NCBI GenBank assembly: GCA_965222225.1
Contig: CBDCTK010000002.1
Span: forward strand, 4,832,001 to 4,896,000
Direction: 5' to 3'
Source of the DNA: Candidatus Poribacteria bacterium
GTDB lineage: Bacteria > Poribacteria > WGA-4E > JAJDTR01
DNA: 64,000 nt
Positions within the stretch are counted from its first letter, which is position 1. Every line of letters starts with the position of its first letter. Shown piece after piece: positions 1 to 10,345 of the stretch. The notes below the pieces were generated by a model that was not told the origin of the DNA, searched no databases, and saw nothing but the letters and a program-made list of their open reading frames with translations. Made by a program: the position numbers and the translations under genes.

Positions 1-984
1 AGCAAAGCAACGGGTGTAGACAGCCCCACCTTCTTGGCGCTCCATCCGGAACACCGCTACCTCTATGCAGTCAACGCCGTGCGGGAAGTTGACGGTAAAC
101 CGAATGGGCGGGTGAGCGCTTTCCGCATCAATCCGGATACAGGGGAGTTGACGTTCTTAAATCACCAACTTTCAGGAGGCCCCGGTCCATGCCATCTGAG
201 TGTTGATTCTGCAGGGCGATATGTTCTCGTTGCAAATTACGCGGGCGGCAGCGTGGCTATGCTCCCCATTCAGGCAGATGGAAGTCTTGGCGAGGCGTCC
301 GATTTTGTTCAACACGCCGGATCGAGTATCAATCCGGACAGCCAAGAGGGGCCCCATGCACATTCCATCAACATCGATCCCGGCAACCGGTACGCATTCG
401 CACCGGATCTTGGAATCGATAAAATCATGATTTACGAATTGGATCTGATTCACGGGAAGCTCAAGCCGAACAGTCAGCCATGGGTTCCCGTGCACGCTGG
501 CGCTGGTCCACGCCACTTCGATTTTCACCCCAACGGCCGATGGGCGTATGCAATCAATGAGCTAGATTCCACGATGACCGCCTTTCGTTATGATAGTTCT
601 AGAGGTGTCCTGACAGAGATTGAATCGGTTGCCACACTGCCAGACGATTTTGATGGCACAAGCCATTGTGCAGACGTACACGTTTCCTCGTCGGGCAAGT
701 TTGTATACGGCTCCAATCGCGGTCATGACAGCATTGTGATTTTCGCGATTGACCAGCACACGGGGCAACTCACACTTGTCGGGCATGAGTCAACACAGGG
801 CGAGATTCCGCGTAACTTTGCCATTGACTCTACGGGAACGCTCTTATTGGCAGCGAATCAGATGAGTAATACTGTCATAACATTTTGGATCGATTCGGAA
901 ACAGGCGAGCTTAACCCAACGGGGCAAGTCGCAGAAGTACCTACGCCGGTATGTTTGAAGCCGATTGTTATTCCTAGCAATTAG
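1..984 (+). CDS. pgl: 6-phosphogluconolactonase / lactonase-family beta-propeller (5'-truncated by the window edge)
   Basis: Frame is open from base 1. Motifs PCHLSVD, VANYAGGS, GPHAH, GAGPRH, SNRGHDSI, PRNF. Confidence 0.85.
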   Translation, partial: SKATGVDSPTFLALHPEHRYLYAVNAVREVDGKPNGRVSAFRINPDTGELTFLNHQLSGGPGPCHLSVDSAGRYVLVANYAGGSVAMLPIQADGSLGEASDFVQHAGSSINPDSQEGPHAHSINIDPGNRYAFAPDLGIDKIMIYELDLIHGKLKPNSQPWVPVHAGAGPRHFDFHPNGRWAYAINELDSTMTAFRYDSSRGVLTEIESVATLPDDFDGTSHCADVHVSSSGKFVYGSNRGHDSIVIFAIDQHTGQLTLVGHESTQGEIPRNFAIDSTGTLLLAANQMSNTVITFWIDSETGELNPTGQVAEVPTPVCLKPIVIPSN

Positions 985-999
985 GATTTCCGCCCTTAA

Positions 1000-1250
1000 G
1001 TTCGTCGTAGCGCAATTTATTGTGCGTTCAAACGATGTGTCGCGCGGCTATGAATCGTAAAACTATGAGATTTTCTTGAAGATTTGTTCTGCAATACTTA
1101 GGTTCCGGTGACATCTCATCGTAGTACGGAAGGGGATAACTAACTGGATAAGGAGGGCGGTAAAGATCTCCTCGCAGCCCCTACAGAAACAGATTCCTGC
1201 CATTGGGGACGCATTGCAAATCGTAGGGGTTGGGTTTCCCAACTCGTTGG
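1000..1250. repeat. Intergenic REP-like GTAG-palindrome cluster
   Basis: GTAGCGCAATTTATTGTGCG near 1007; CCCCTAC...GTAGGGG pair near 1178-1230 followed by the GTTGGG-TTT-CCCAAC hairpin. Confidence 0.45.
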
Positions 1251-1343
1251 GCGCGGTATTCGCATTGGTAGGTGTTTCACATACATGTCAACACACCCTA
1301 GATTTTTTCAATCCAAGTAAATTTGCCTTTGGAGGGCTAGATT

Positions 1344-2684
1344 ATGTCCGAAGCAGGCTTAAATGTTACGCGTTCCTTGGAAACCTATAAACGAGCTGGC
1401 GAACTAATTCCCGGATGGACGCAACTTATCAGTCGCCGTGCCAGTCAATACGCCTACGGCGTTAGTCCAATCTATGCCAGAAGCGCCAAAGGATCTCGAT
1501 TCATCGATCTGGATGGGGCTGAATATATCGATTGGGTCAACGCTGTCGGCGCAATCGTACTAGGACACGCCGATGATATCGTGGACTCTGCCGTCAAATC
1601 GCAGATTGATCGGGGAAGTATCTACACCCTGTCAAATCCGCTAGAGATTACCTTGGCGGAGGAGTTGATTGATACCATTCCCTCAGCCGAGATGGTTCGA
1701 TATACCAAAGGCGGCGGCGAAGCGTGCGCCGTTGCGGTACGCATCGCTCGCGGAACGACCGGGCGCGACAAAATCTTGTTCTGTGGGTATCACGGTTGGC
1801 ACGATTGGTATCAAGCCGCAAACTACCTCGTTGACCCCGAGAGCGGTGAATATCCGTTCGCCGGGATTGAACCCATCGGGGTGCCGAAAGCGCTTGCGAG
1901 CACGGTCGCCCCCTTTTCCTACGGCGACCTTGAGGGACTAGAGAAATTATTGCAGGCCTATCATGGGGAAGTGGCGGCGATTATGATGGAACCTCTTCGG
2001 TCAGAACTTCCGCCGCCGGGCTACCTGAACGGCGTCAAAACTTTGGCTCGAAAGCACGATGTAATTCTCATTTTCGACGAGGTCTCCTGTGGTTGGAGAC
2101 TCTCAATTGGAGGCGCACAGAAGTATCTAGGTGTAACTCCGGACATGACCGTTGTTGCCAAAGCCATGTCAAATGGCTATGCAATGGGCGCCGTTGTTGG
2201 TTCGCGCGAAGTGATGGAGCCTGCGGGGCGCATGTTTGTGTCAAGCTCCTATTGGAGTGACAATGTTGGGCTCGTCGCAGCACTAACGACGATCCGAGAA
2301 CTGAAGCGCCGAGATTCGGAAGCCCGAATTCAGGAGATCGGTGAAAGACTCCGTTCCGGACTGACCGATGCCATCGCAGCTTCGGGACTTACCGGCACTT
2401 GTACGGGCTTGCATACCCACCCGGCACTGGCAATTGAGCTTTCTGACGAGACGTTACGCCGCAAGGTAAATACACTGTTTGTCCAAGAAATGGCGAAACG
2501 CCGCATCCACTGCTCTACAAGTTTCATTCTAACGCTGGCGCACACTGACGCGGATATTCAACAGACGACAGAAGCCGCGGTTGAGGCTTTTCGCGTGATC
2601 AAGCGCGGATTGGATGCGGGCAACGTGGATAGTCTTCTGGAATGCGAAATCAAGCAGGACCCGTTCAGGCGGCAAGTGACGTGA
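1344..2684 (+). CDS. Class III PLP aminotransferase (glutamate-1-semialdehyde aminomutase-like)
   Basis: Motifs GYHGWHD, MMEP, LIFDEV, AKAMSNG (PLP lysine); GGAGG SD. Confidence 0.85.
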   Translation: MSEAGLNVTRSLETYKRAGELIPGWTQLISRRASQYAYGVSPIYARSAKGSRFIDLDGAEYIDWVNAVGAIVLGHADDIVDSAVKSQIDRGSIYTLSNPLEITLAEELIDTIPSAEMVRYTKGGGEACAVAVRIARGTTGRDKILFCGYHGWHDWYQAANYLVDPESGEYPFAGIEPIGVPKALASTVAPFSYGDLEGLEKLLQAYHGEVAAIMMEPLRSELPPPGYLNGVKTLARKHDVILIFDEVSCGWRLSIGGAQKYLGVTPDMTVVAKAMSNGYAMGAVVGSREVMEPAGRMFVSSSYWSDNVGLVAALTTIRELKRRDSEARIQEIGERLRSGLTDAIAASGLTGTCTGLHTHPALAIELSDETLRRKVNTLFVQEMAKRRIHCSTSFILTLAHTDADIQQTTEAAVEAFRVIKRGLDAGNVDSLLECEIKQDPFRRQVT

Positions 2685-2817
2685 CGTATAATTTAAGGTT
2701 TTTCGTAGGGAACAACGATTTTTATTCCCTGCATTATTACCATTATTTCACGGAAAATTATCACCTTAACATAATACCACTCGCAACTCTCTCAGCTCGT
2801 AACGAATGGAGGCACAG

Positions 2818-3621
2818 ATGAACACCCATGAACGACACCTGATGGATCTGCTCAGTTTGAAAGACAGGGTTGTCATTGTGACAGGGGCATGCGGCTGGCT
2901 CGGATCTGCCATGAGTCGTGGGCTTGCAGAGGCCGGTGCCCGCCTTGTCGTCACGAGCCGGGATGCGGCACATGCGGCAGATTTCGCAGGAACGCTCCCC
3001 GGCGACGGTCACCTTGGGCTTGGATTTAGCCAAGGCGAGACGGATACCATTCCCGACTTTGTTGCCGAAGTGGTCGATCGGATGGGCAAAATTGATGTGC
3101 TGGTGAACAACGCCTATGGTGCCACCGCACCCGAGATTGACACTGCAACTGCCGACGACTTCGATCAAGCCTATCATGTTGGCGTAACCGGGTACTTCCT
3201 ACTTGCCCGCGATGTGATGCTCCACATGCGCCAGCGTCAAGCTCCGGGATCGATAATCAACATCGGCAGCATGTACGGCGTTATAGGTAGCTACCCGTCA
3301 CTATACGAAGGGTTGCCCCTCAACAGCGCTCCCAACTACCATGCCCTCAAAGGTGGTTTGGTGCACTTGACGCGGCATTTGGCGGCTTATTGGGCGAAGT
3401 ACAATATTCGCGTCAATACACTGAGTCCGGGACCGTTCCCTAAGCCGGCTATGAAAGCGAAGGCAGAAGGGTTTGTTGAACGGCTTGAGAAGAAAGTGCC
3501 GCTCGGGCGCATGGGCAGGCCCGATGAACTGAAAGGTATCGTGGTATTGTTGGCAAGCGATGCCGGCAGTTACATCACCGGGCAGAATTACTTGGTGGAT
3601 GGCGGGTGGACGGCATGGTAG
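2818..3621 (+). CDS. SDR family oxidoreductase
   Basis: TGACGWLG, LVNNA, YHALK (YxxxK), ITGQ..VDGG; GGAGG SD before ATG 2818. Confidence 0.9.
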   Translation: MNTHERHLMDLLSLKDRVVIVTGACGWLGSAMSRGLAEAGARLVVTSRDAAHAADFAGTLPGDGHLGLGFSQGETDTIPDFVAEVVDRMGKIDVLVNNAYGATAPEIDTATADDFDQAYHVGVTGYFLLARDVMLHMRQRQAPGSIINIGSMYGVIGSYPSLYEGLPLNSAPNYHALKGGLVHLTRHLAAYWAKYNIRVNTLSPGPFPKPAMKAKAEGFVERLEKKVPLGRMGRPDELKGIVVLLASDAGSYITGQNYLVDGGWTAW

Positions 3622-3725
3622 ACGCCACCTGGATCTACACGTATGCGGTGGTTGCCGCGAATTAGCGGAACATTACACTCTGTACAATTGTCAGGGGCTG
3701 ACCACATCGTCCAAGGAGCATCCTC

Positions 3726-5207
3726 ATGGCGGAAGCACAATCGTTCATGGCATTTGATCTGGGCGCCGAAAGTGGACGCGGCGTGCTAGGACGTTTCGAT
3801 GGCGAGAGAATCGAGCTTGAGGAGTTGCATCGGTTTCCCAATGGCGGTGTGCGTGTATTGGATAGTCTTCACTGGGATGTGCTGCGCTTGTGGAGTGAGA
3901 TGAAAAATGCCCTCTCGGTTTGCGCACGACGGAGGGAGGACCTCAAGGGAATCGGCATTGACACGTGGGGAGTTGATTTCGCGCTCATCGGCAAAGACAA
4001 GTCGCTCCTTGGCTTTCCGTACCACTACCGCGATTCGCGGACAGATGGAATGCTGAACAAAGCCTTCGCTCGCCTCTCGCGCGAAGAGATTTTCAGACGG
4101 AGCGGAGGTCAGTTCATTCAGATAAATACGCTCTATCAGTTGCTCTCAATGGTGATTCACGAATCGCCGCTGCTGAAAGTCGCCGAGACGTTCTTGATGA
4201 TACCGGACCTGTTCAACTTTTGGTTGACGGGACATAAAGTTTGTGAATTTACGAATGCTACCACAACGCAGTTCTACGACCCGCGCCAAAAAAGTTGGTC
4301 GGGCGAGATTTGTAATGCCCTTGATTTGCCGTATCATCTACTGCCGGAAATCGTTCAACCCGGCACACAAATCGGGACACTTCTCCCCACCGTGTGTGAT
4401 GAAACGGGGTTAGGAGAGACTCCAGTGATCGCCCCCGGGTGTCATGACACCGCATCTGCCGTCGCGGCGGTACCTGCACAAACCGAGAATTGGGCTTATA
4501 TCAGTTCCGGCACGTGGTCGTTGATGGGAATTGAAGTATCCGATCCGATAATCTCGAATCAGGTGCTTAGTCTGAATTTTACCAATGAAGGAGGCGTAGC
4601 CAATACATTCCGCTTTCTGAAGAATATCATGGGGTTGTGGCTGCTCCAAGAATGCCGGCGGACATGGTCACGGAGAGGTCGCGACATTTCCTACGACCAA
4701 CTCATGCAGCTTGCCTCAGATGCTCAACCGTTCAAGTATTTGATTGAGCCGGATAATGAAACTTTCTTGGGCGCCGGTGACATGCCGTCGCGTATCATCT
4801 ACTATTGTAAACACACCGAACAGATACCTCCAAGAGATGAAGGAGAATTCGTCAGATGCATACTGGATAGCCTTGCGCTAAAGTACCGGTGGGTCTCGGA
4901 AAAACTTGAGTTGGTCGGTGGGAAGCCGATAGAGGTTATCCACATCGTCGGTGGTGGCGCCCGGAACAGGCTGCTGTGTCAATTTACCGCCAATGCGGCG
5001 GCTGTGCCGGTCGTAGCCGGTCCAACGGAAGCGACTGCAGTTGGCAACATCATGGTGCAGGCGATTGCAACGGGTTTAATCGACTCGATTTCCGAGGCTC
5101 GCGAAATCATCAGTCGATCGTTTGAATTGGAGACTTATGAACCGCGAGATTTAGGGCAGTGGGACGGCGCTTACGAGCGATTTCTTGTTACAACAGGATT
5201 GAGTTGA
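3726..5207 (+). CDS. rhaB: Rhamnulokinase family (FGGY) sugar kinase
   Basis: DLGAESGR, IDTWGVDF, YRDSRT, HDTASA, SSGTWSL, FTNEGG, LKNIMGLW, GPTEATAVGN. Confidence 0.85.
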   Translation: MAEAQSFMAFDLGAESGRGVLGRFDGERIELEELHRFPNGGVRVLDSLHWDVLRLWSEMKNALSVCARRREDLKGIGIDTWGVDFALIGKDKSLLGFPYHYRDSRTDGMLNKAFARLSREEIFRRSGGQFIQINTLYQLLSMVIHESPLLKVAETFLMIPDLFNFWLTGHKVCEFTNATTTQFYDPRQKSWSGEICNALDLPYHLLPEIVQPGTQIGTLLPTVCDETGLGETPVIAPGCHDTASAVAAVPAQTENWAYISSGTWSLMGIEVSDPIISNQVLSLNFTNEGGVANTFRFLKNIMGLWLLQECRRTWSRRGRDISYDQLMQLASDAQPFKYLIEPDNETFLGAGDMPSRIIYYCKHTEQIPPRDEGEFVRCILDSLALKYRWVSEKLELVGGKPIEVIHIVGGGARNRLLCQFTANAAAVPVVAGPTEATAVGNIMVQAIATGLIDSISEAREIISRSFELETYEPRDLGQWDGAYERFLVTTGLS

Positions 5208-5306
5208 TTGAGCATATAAGGTATCAGGTTCAGACGAAATTCCTGATGCATTTAAATCTAAATAGCACAACTCGATATTGAAACGAGGATGCTTCGTCAG
5301 AATAAT

Positions 5307-6545
5307 ATGGATAAAATCAAGCTTGCCATAGTGGGTTGCGGCGGCATGGGTACTCGACACCTCCACGGATTGCGGGAGCTATCGCAAACCCCATTCTGTA
5401 ATGTTGAGTTGGTCGCACTCTGTGATATTCGGAGCGAAAACGCCGAACTCGCCGCCTCGGAAGCCGAGAGACTTTTGGGCGTTCGACCGCAAATTTTCAC
5501 GGATTTAGAGGAGATGGCCCATCAGATTCCTGATCTGGCAGCAGTTGATATTGTGACCGATCCCTCGGTGCATCACAATGTTGCGTGCGAAGCAATGGAG
5601 CTCGGTCTGCATGTCATGGTCGAGAAACCGATGGCAATCACCGTAAAAGCCTGCCAAAAGATGATTAAAGCCTCTGAACGGAATAATCGTTTGCTGTCAA
5701 TCGCCGAAAACTATCGACGTGATGTTTCCGCACGATTGGTTCGGCACCTCTTGGAGACGAACGCAATAGGTGAGCCTTACATGGGGTTGTTTCATTCGTT
5801 GAGTCCGGGGAACGACATCTTCATTACGCCGTGGCGACATCTCAAGCTACGAGGAGGCCCCATTATTGACCTAGGCGTTCACTTTACCGACATGATTCGC
5901 TATCAGTTGGGGGACATTGCCGAGGTCTACGGGAATGTAAGATTGGTCGAACCGACTAGACGGAAGCCGGGGAGTATACACGACACCTACACCTTCTACC
6001 GTAACCGGTTCAAAGCGATGGAACCTGAAGTTCCGGCGACTGCGGAGGATACGTCGGTCGCTTTGTTCCGAATGGAGAGCGGGGCAACCGTCAGCTGGAT
6101 AGTTGGTCTAAGTGGACATGGGAGTTGCGGCGGCGAGCGAATCTTGGGAACGGAGGGCAGCATCCAAAGCTTTGGGACTCGAGGCGGCAGAATCAGCCTG
6201 AAACGGAGATCGGAGGAGGAAATAAGCTTTGAAGAGATTCTGGAAACGACTGACGGTTTTACGTTAGAACCGTTGGCGGAGCATTTCTTCCCCTCCCGGA
6301 TGGCTGCCGGCGATAACGCGGTTGATTGGAAGCTGATTGCGCTGGAGTATTACGAACTGGCAGAGGCAATCCTTCATGGACGGCGCATAGAGGTGGATGC
6401 TATATCTGGAATGAAGGATGTAGCCGCTATCTACGCCATTTTTGAGTCTTCCAAGTCGGGTCGTGCCGTGAAGATGAGCGAAGTAGAATCCTGTCAGGTC
6501 TACGACTATCAGTCGGAAATAGACGAAGCCCTTGGAATTGAATAG
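5307..6545 (+). CDS. Gfo/Idh/MocA oxidoreductase
   Basis: GCGGMG, EKPMA, DLGVH; start could alternatively be 5289. Confidence 0.9.
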   Translation: MDKIKLAIVGCGGMGTRHLHGLRELSQTPFCNVELVALCDIRSENAELAASEAERLLGVRPQIFTDLEEMAHQIPDLAAVDIVTDPSVHHNVACEAMELGLHVMVEKPMAITVKACQKMIKASERNNRLLSIAENYRRDVSARLVRHLLETNAIGEPYMGLFHSLSPGNDIFITPWRHLKLRGGPIIDLGVHFTDMIRYQLGDIAEVYGNVRLVEPTRRKPGSIHDTYTFYRNRFKAMEPEVPATAEDTSVALFRMESGATVSWIVGLSGHGSCGGERILGTEGSIQSFGTRGGRISLKRRSEEEISFEEILETTDGFTLEPLAEHFFPSRMAAGDNAVDWKLIALEYYELAEAILHGRRIEVDAISGMKDVAAIYAIFESSKSGRAVKMSEVESCQVYDYQSEIDEALGIE

Positions 6546-6686
6546 TGTACATCGGAATTGGGTCTGCTCCCGATGGTCAAAGATTGGCAATCACGGAGAT
6601 TATCGATTATCTTCGATTGGCGAAACCCTTCTCTATCAAATGGTGCGTCCGCCAATGATTTACGAATTTGACGAAAGGAGGACTTC

Positions 6687-7543
6687 ATGGAATATCGAAG
6701 AGTCGGACAAACGGACATGAAACTGAGCGCTATCGCGTTGGGCGGATTGCTGGCGCACTACGAGGGTGTGCGTGGTCACCCGTCGCCCGACGAGAAGCGG
6801 CGCATATACCTTCGAGCGTTCGAATTGGGAATAAATCTCTTTGACATGGGTTACGGCGATGAAGTGCATATTCCGAAGGAACTGAAGGGGCCTAGTGAAG
6901 ATCGCCACTTTTCCCTGAAGGTGGGTGCTCCACGAGCCGAGGACTTGGAAGGGCTGATCGACGTACAGTTAAAAAACCTGCAGCGTGAGGCAATCGACAT
7001 CCTCCGCGTTCATCACTCTGCCTTCGTCAAGGACAAGCGGCTAGCCAAGCGCATAGAGGAGCTGAAATGCGCGGGCAAGGTAAGATCTCTCTGCCTGATT
7101 CGCCATCTACGCGCCGACCAAGAAGCCTACGCCGAACGAGGTCCGGAACCGGAGGCGGATGCCGATTTGGTCATCTACAACTATGTTTGCCGCTGGCAGA
7201 CGCCGGGAATCGAACTCTCGGCTAAGGCAGGGAAAGGGGTGCTCATTATGAAGGCGCTCGGGAGCCAGTGGTTGAGCTGGAAGGACAAGACGCGCACCGA
7301 CTGGACAAAAGCCCCAAAAGAGACCATCATTAAGCTTTCTGTACGGGGCGAGGCGATGCGCAACGATTTGGAGCTTGCCTATCCCATCATTGCCGGCCCT
7401 GGCATGAACTAGCCGTTCCCGGAGAGGTGATTCCACGTACAGAACGGGCGGTGCAATGGGTGTTGAAGAATAGGGGCGTTAGCAGCGTTTTGGTGGCTTT
7501 CGCGAGTGTCGCGGAGGTCGAGGAAGCTCTGGGTGTAGGGTAG
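6687..7543 (+). pseudogene. Aldo/keto reductase, frameshifted near 7397
   Basis: AKR N-terminus MEYRRVGQTDMKLSAIALG. The ORF stops at 7412, but another frame continues WHELAVP...AVQWVLKNRGVSSVLVAFASVAEVEEALG to TAG 7541-7543, a typical AKR C-terminus. One base is missing in GGCCCT (real lesion or sequencing error). Confidence 0.7.
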
Positions 7544-7682
7544 TTGGTTTTGAATCGTCCTCAGTGATTGGGTATCTGTAATCGGATACCGTTCACACGG
7601 GTTGGCGTGGAAACAGGGCTAGGTACCAAGAAAAACCCTAGTTCTGCCCATTACGGGCACTTACGAAAGAGAGGTTGAAATC

Positions 7683-8738
7683 GTGGAAAAAACGTACAGA
7701 GTAGGGGTTGTCGGGTGTGGCGGTATGGGACGCTCCCATACGGGTGCTTGGACAGAGCATCCAGCGGCAGAGGTCGTTGCCGTTGCAGATATCAACGAAA
7801 CACAAGCACAGATTCTTGCGGAACAGTTCTCGATTCCTGCGGTATTTACCGACTATAACGAGATGTTCGCGAAAATGGATCTTGATATTGTAAGCATCCC
7901 GACATGGCAGGGTGTTCGTGCTGAAATCACGGTTGCTGCAGCTAACGCCGGAATCAAGGGCATCATCGGAGAAAAACCGATGGCTGCGTCTATGGGCGGC
8001 GCCAACGACATGATTGAAGCGTGTGAAAGGAATGGTGCTAAACTCGTCATCGGGCATCAGGGCAGATTCAGCCCTACAAATACGGAAATCCGGAGATTGG
8101 TCGCTGATGGCGCAATTGGTGAGCCGACGATGGTCTACACTAGCGCCAAACCCATGGCGGGGTTACTCAACACCGGCACGCATGCCATTGACGGTTGGCG
8201 GTATATTCTATCCGACCCGGAACCCCTATGGGTAATTGGACAAACAGCGCGCGAGAGCGATAGGTGGGAACGCCGCAGTCGCTGCGAAGATCTGTGCATG
8301 GGGTTGGTTTGCTTTGAAGGGGGCGCCCGTGGCATATATGAGGGGGACCTGCCGGAGCCAATAGTCCAAATGCCGCGCATCTACGGCACTGAGGGCCAGA
8401 TTACTACCGGCGAAAACGGTGTCATCCTACTTCAAAATCCCAAGTCGAGCGGCTGGCAGGAAATTCAGCCGAAGCCGGCGGAGACAACTCAGTACCAAGA
8501 AATGCTGGATTGGATGGAAGGTCGGATTCCCGAACACCGCAGTACCGGGCGGCAAGCCCGATATACCGTGGAAATCATGATGGCGATATACGAGTCACTC
8601 CGCATCAAGAACGTCGTCACCATGCCGCTTGAAACCAGAGAATCGCCTCTTGAGTTGATGGTGGCGGATGGTACACTTCCCGTACTTGAGGAGGGACGCT
8701 ACGATATCCGCAAGCCGTTCCCCGAACAGAAAAAATAG
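7683..8738 (+). CDS. Gfo/Idh/MocA oxidoreductase
   Basis: GCGGMG, EKPMA, NTGTH. Confidence 0.9.
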   Translation: MEKTYRVGVVGCGGMGRSHTGAWTEHPAAEVVAVADINETQAQILAEQFSIPAVFTDYNEMFAKMDLDIVSIPTWQGVRAEITVAAANAGIKGIIGEKPMAASMGGANDMIEACERNGAKLVIGHQGRFSPTNTEIRRLVADGAIGEPTMVYTSAKPMAGLLNTGTHAIDGWRYILSDPEPLWVIGQTARESDRWERRSRCEDLCMGLVCFEGGARGIYEGDLPEPIVQMPRIYGTEGQITTGENGVILLQNPKSSGWQEIQPKPAETTQYQEMLDWMEGRIPEHRSTGRQARYTVEIMMAIYESLRIKNVVTMPLETRESPLELMVADGTLPVLEEGRYDIRKPFPEQKK

Positions 8739-8754
8739 ACGCCGTTGGCTCTTC

Positions 8755-8784
8755 GGTTTGGAGAAACCGAGTTTTCTCCAAACC
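8755..8784 (+). terminator. 12-bp perfect hairpin after the oxidoreductase (terminator or repeat-derived)
   Basis: GGTTTGGAGAAA-CCGAGT-TTTCTCCAAACC; shares AGAAACCGAGTTTT with the element at 15228. Confidence 0.5.
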
Positions 8785-8827
8785 TCAGTTTATTTCAACG
8801 TAGAGGTTGTTTAGAAAGGAAATCTCT

Positions 8828-9290
8828 ATGAAGATGGAAAGTTGCGCGTTTTTACAGTTCAGTGAATTGGGTGTATTTTCAGTTGGCGCAAGCATGGAAT
8901 GGGCAATCATTTATCAGGAGGGTGTTGAATTACGTTACGCCGGCAAGCATGAACAAACTGTGACTATTATGTATGAGGGGCTTAACGTGGTTGGACAAAA
9001 TCTTGGTGCCATTCACCCTGAGGTACCGACCACCCTCAACGCGCTATCTTTGTTGCATATTGCTGTATGATGAGCGTGGATATTGCGCCAAGCGTAGCCC
9101 TTACGCAAGCGGGCAATGGAAAACATCGATAAAACGCTTGTGGACTCGACAATCCGCGTGTAGCGAACTTCCTCATCGACCTGGAAAGGCCTTATTGAGT
9201 AATGATGCATGTGGGAAAAGCGACGGATCTAAAAGTTCGCGACGCCAAGATAGAGGAGATAGCGCGGTATACACTATCGGACAGGGGTTG
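8828..9290 (+). pseudogene. Degenerate paralogue of the downstream TPR gene
   Basis: GASMEWAIIYQEGVELRYAGKHEQ...LGAIHPEVPTTLNAL aligns with GAGLEWKILNQQVNDLYDAGMYGR...SEDHPDIAISLGNL; stops and frameshifts follow. Confidence 0.7.
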
Positions 9291-9371
9291 TGGGTTAGGT
9301 TTGTTGCCAACCCGTGAGTATCAATTGCATAGCAAATAAACGGCATAGAAGTTGCTTAGAGAGGAATCACT

Positions 9372-10322
9372 ATGAAAATGGCAAAGTCAGTTTTGGTAAT
9401 CTTCGGATTTCTGCACCTCTGTGTATCGAGTGCAATTGCAGATGGCGCAGGCTTAGAATGGAAGATTCTAAATCAGCAGGTAAATGACCTCTATGACGCC
9501 GGTATGTATGGACGCGCCGTTGTTGTTGCGCGGGAAGCGCTTGAGCTTGCCGAGAAAAACGCCAGCGAAGACCATCCCGACATCGCAATCAGTCTGGGCA
9601 ATCTAGCGTCGATGTATAGAGCTCAAGGACACCACGACAAAGCCGAACCACTGTATATACGAGCACTAGATATATTTGAGAAGGTGCTTGGGCCTGACCA
9701 TGAATCTGTCGCGGCCAACCTGAACAATCTGGCAGGACTGTATTACGACCAAGCCCGCTACGACAAAGCCGAACCATTGTACAAGCGCGCGCTAGATATA
9801 AGGGAAAAGGTGCTCGGTCCTTGGCACCAGTCTGTGGCAGTCGTCCTAGACAATTTGGCCCTGCTGTATCAAGACCAAGGACATTACGACAAAGCCGAAC
9901 CACTGTTTATACGAGCACTAGATATATTTGAGAAGGTGCTTGGGCCTGACCACCCGCACATAGCAACTAACCTGAACAATTTGGGCTTGCTGTATATCAA
10001 GCAAGGACATTACGACAAAGCCGAACCACTATTCAAGCGTGCTTTGGCTATAAATGAAAAGGCGCTTGGTCCAGAGCACCCGACTGTAGCAAGTAACTTG
10101 AACAATTTGAGCTTTCTGTATATCAAGCAAGGACATTACGACAAAGCGGAAACTTTATACAAGCGTGCGTTGTCCATAAGGGAACAAGCGCTTGGATGCC
10201 ACCACCGGTCTGTAGCGACTAGCCTCACCAATCTAGCGGAGCTTTATAGAGCAATGAAGCGCGAAAGGGAAGCGAGGGAACTAGAAATCCGAGCCACCAA
10301 GAAAGAGAAAATGTCTCGGTAG
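9372..10322 (+). CDS. Exported TPR protein with 42-aa kinesin-light-chain-like repeats
   Basis: Signal peptide plus about 6 repeats of LNNLA.LY..QG.YDKAEPLY.RAL.I.EK.LGP.H. Confidence 0.9.
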   Translation: MKMAKSVLVIFGFLHLCVSSAIADGAGLEWKILNQQVNDLYDAGMYGRAVVVAREALELAEKNASEDHPDIAISLGNLASMYRAQGHHDKAEPLYIRALDIFEKVLGPDHESVAANLNNLAGLYYDQARYDKAEPLYKRALDIREKVLGPWHQSVAVVLDNLALLYQDQGHYDKAEPLFIRALDIFEKVLGPDHPHIATNLNNLGLLYIKQGHYDKAEPLFKRALAINEKALGPEHPTVASNLNNLSFLYIKQGHYDKAETLYKRALSIREQALGCHHRSVATSLTNLAELYRAMKREREARELEIRATKKEKMSR

Positions 10323-10345
10323 ACTCAATCAGACAGGAGAACGAA

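Noticed and set aside
1344-2684. Naming the aminotransferase hemL
   Set aside because: It has AKAMSNG and SSSYW instead of the HemL GKIIGGG and GTLSGNP motifs, and the context is catabolic.
9600-10200. CRISPR-like periodic repeats
   Set aside because: The 126-bp periodicity is the coding TPR repeat; there are no spacers or cas genes.
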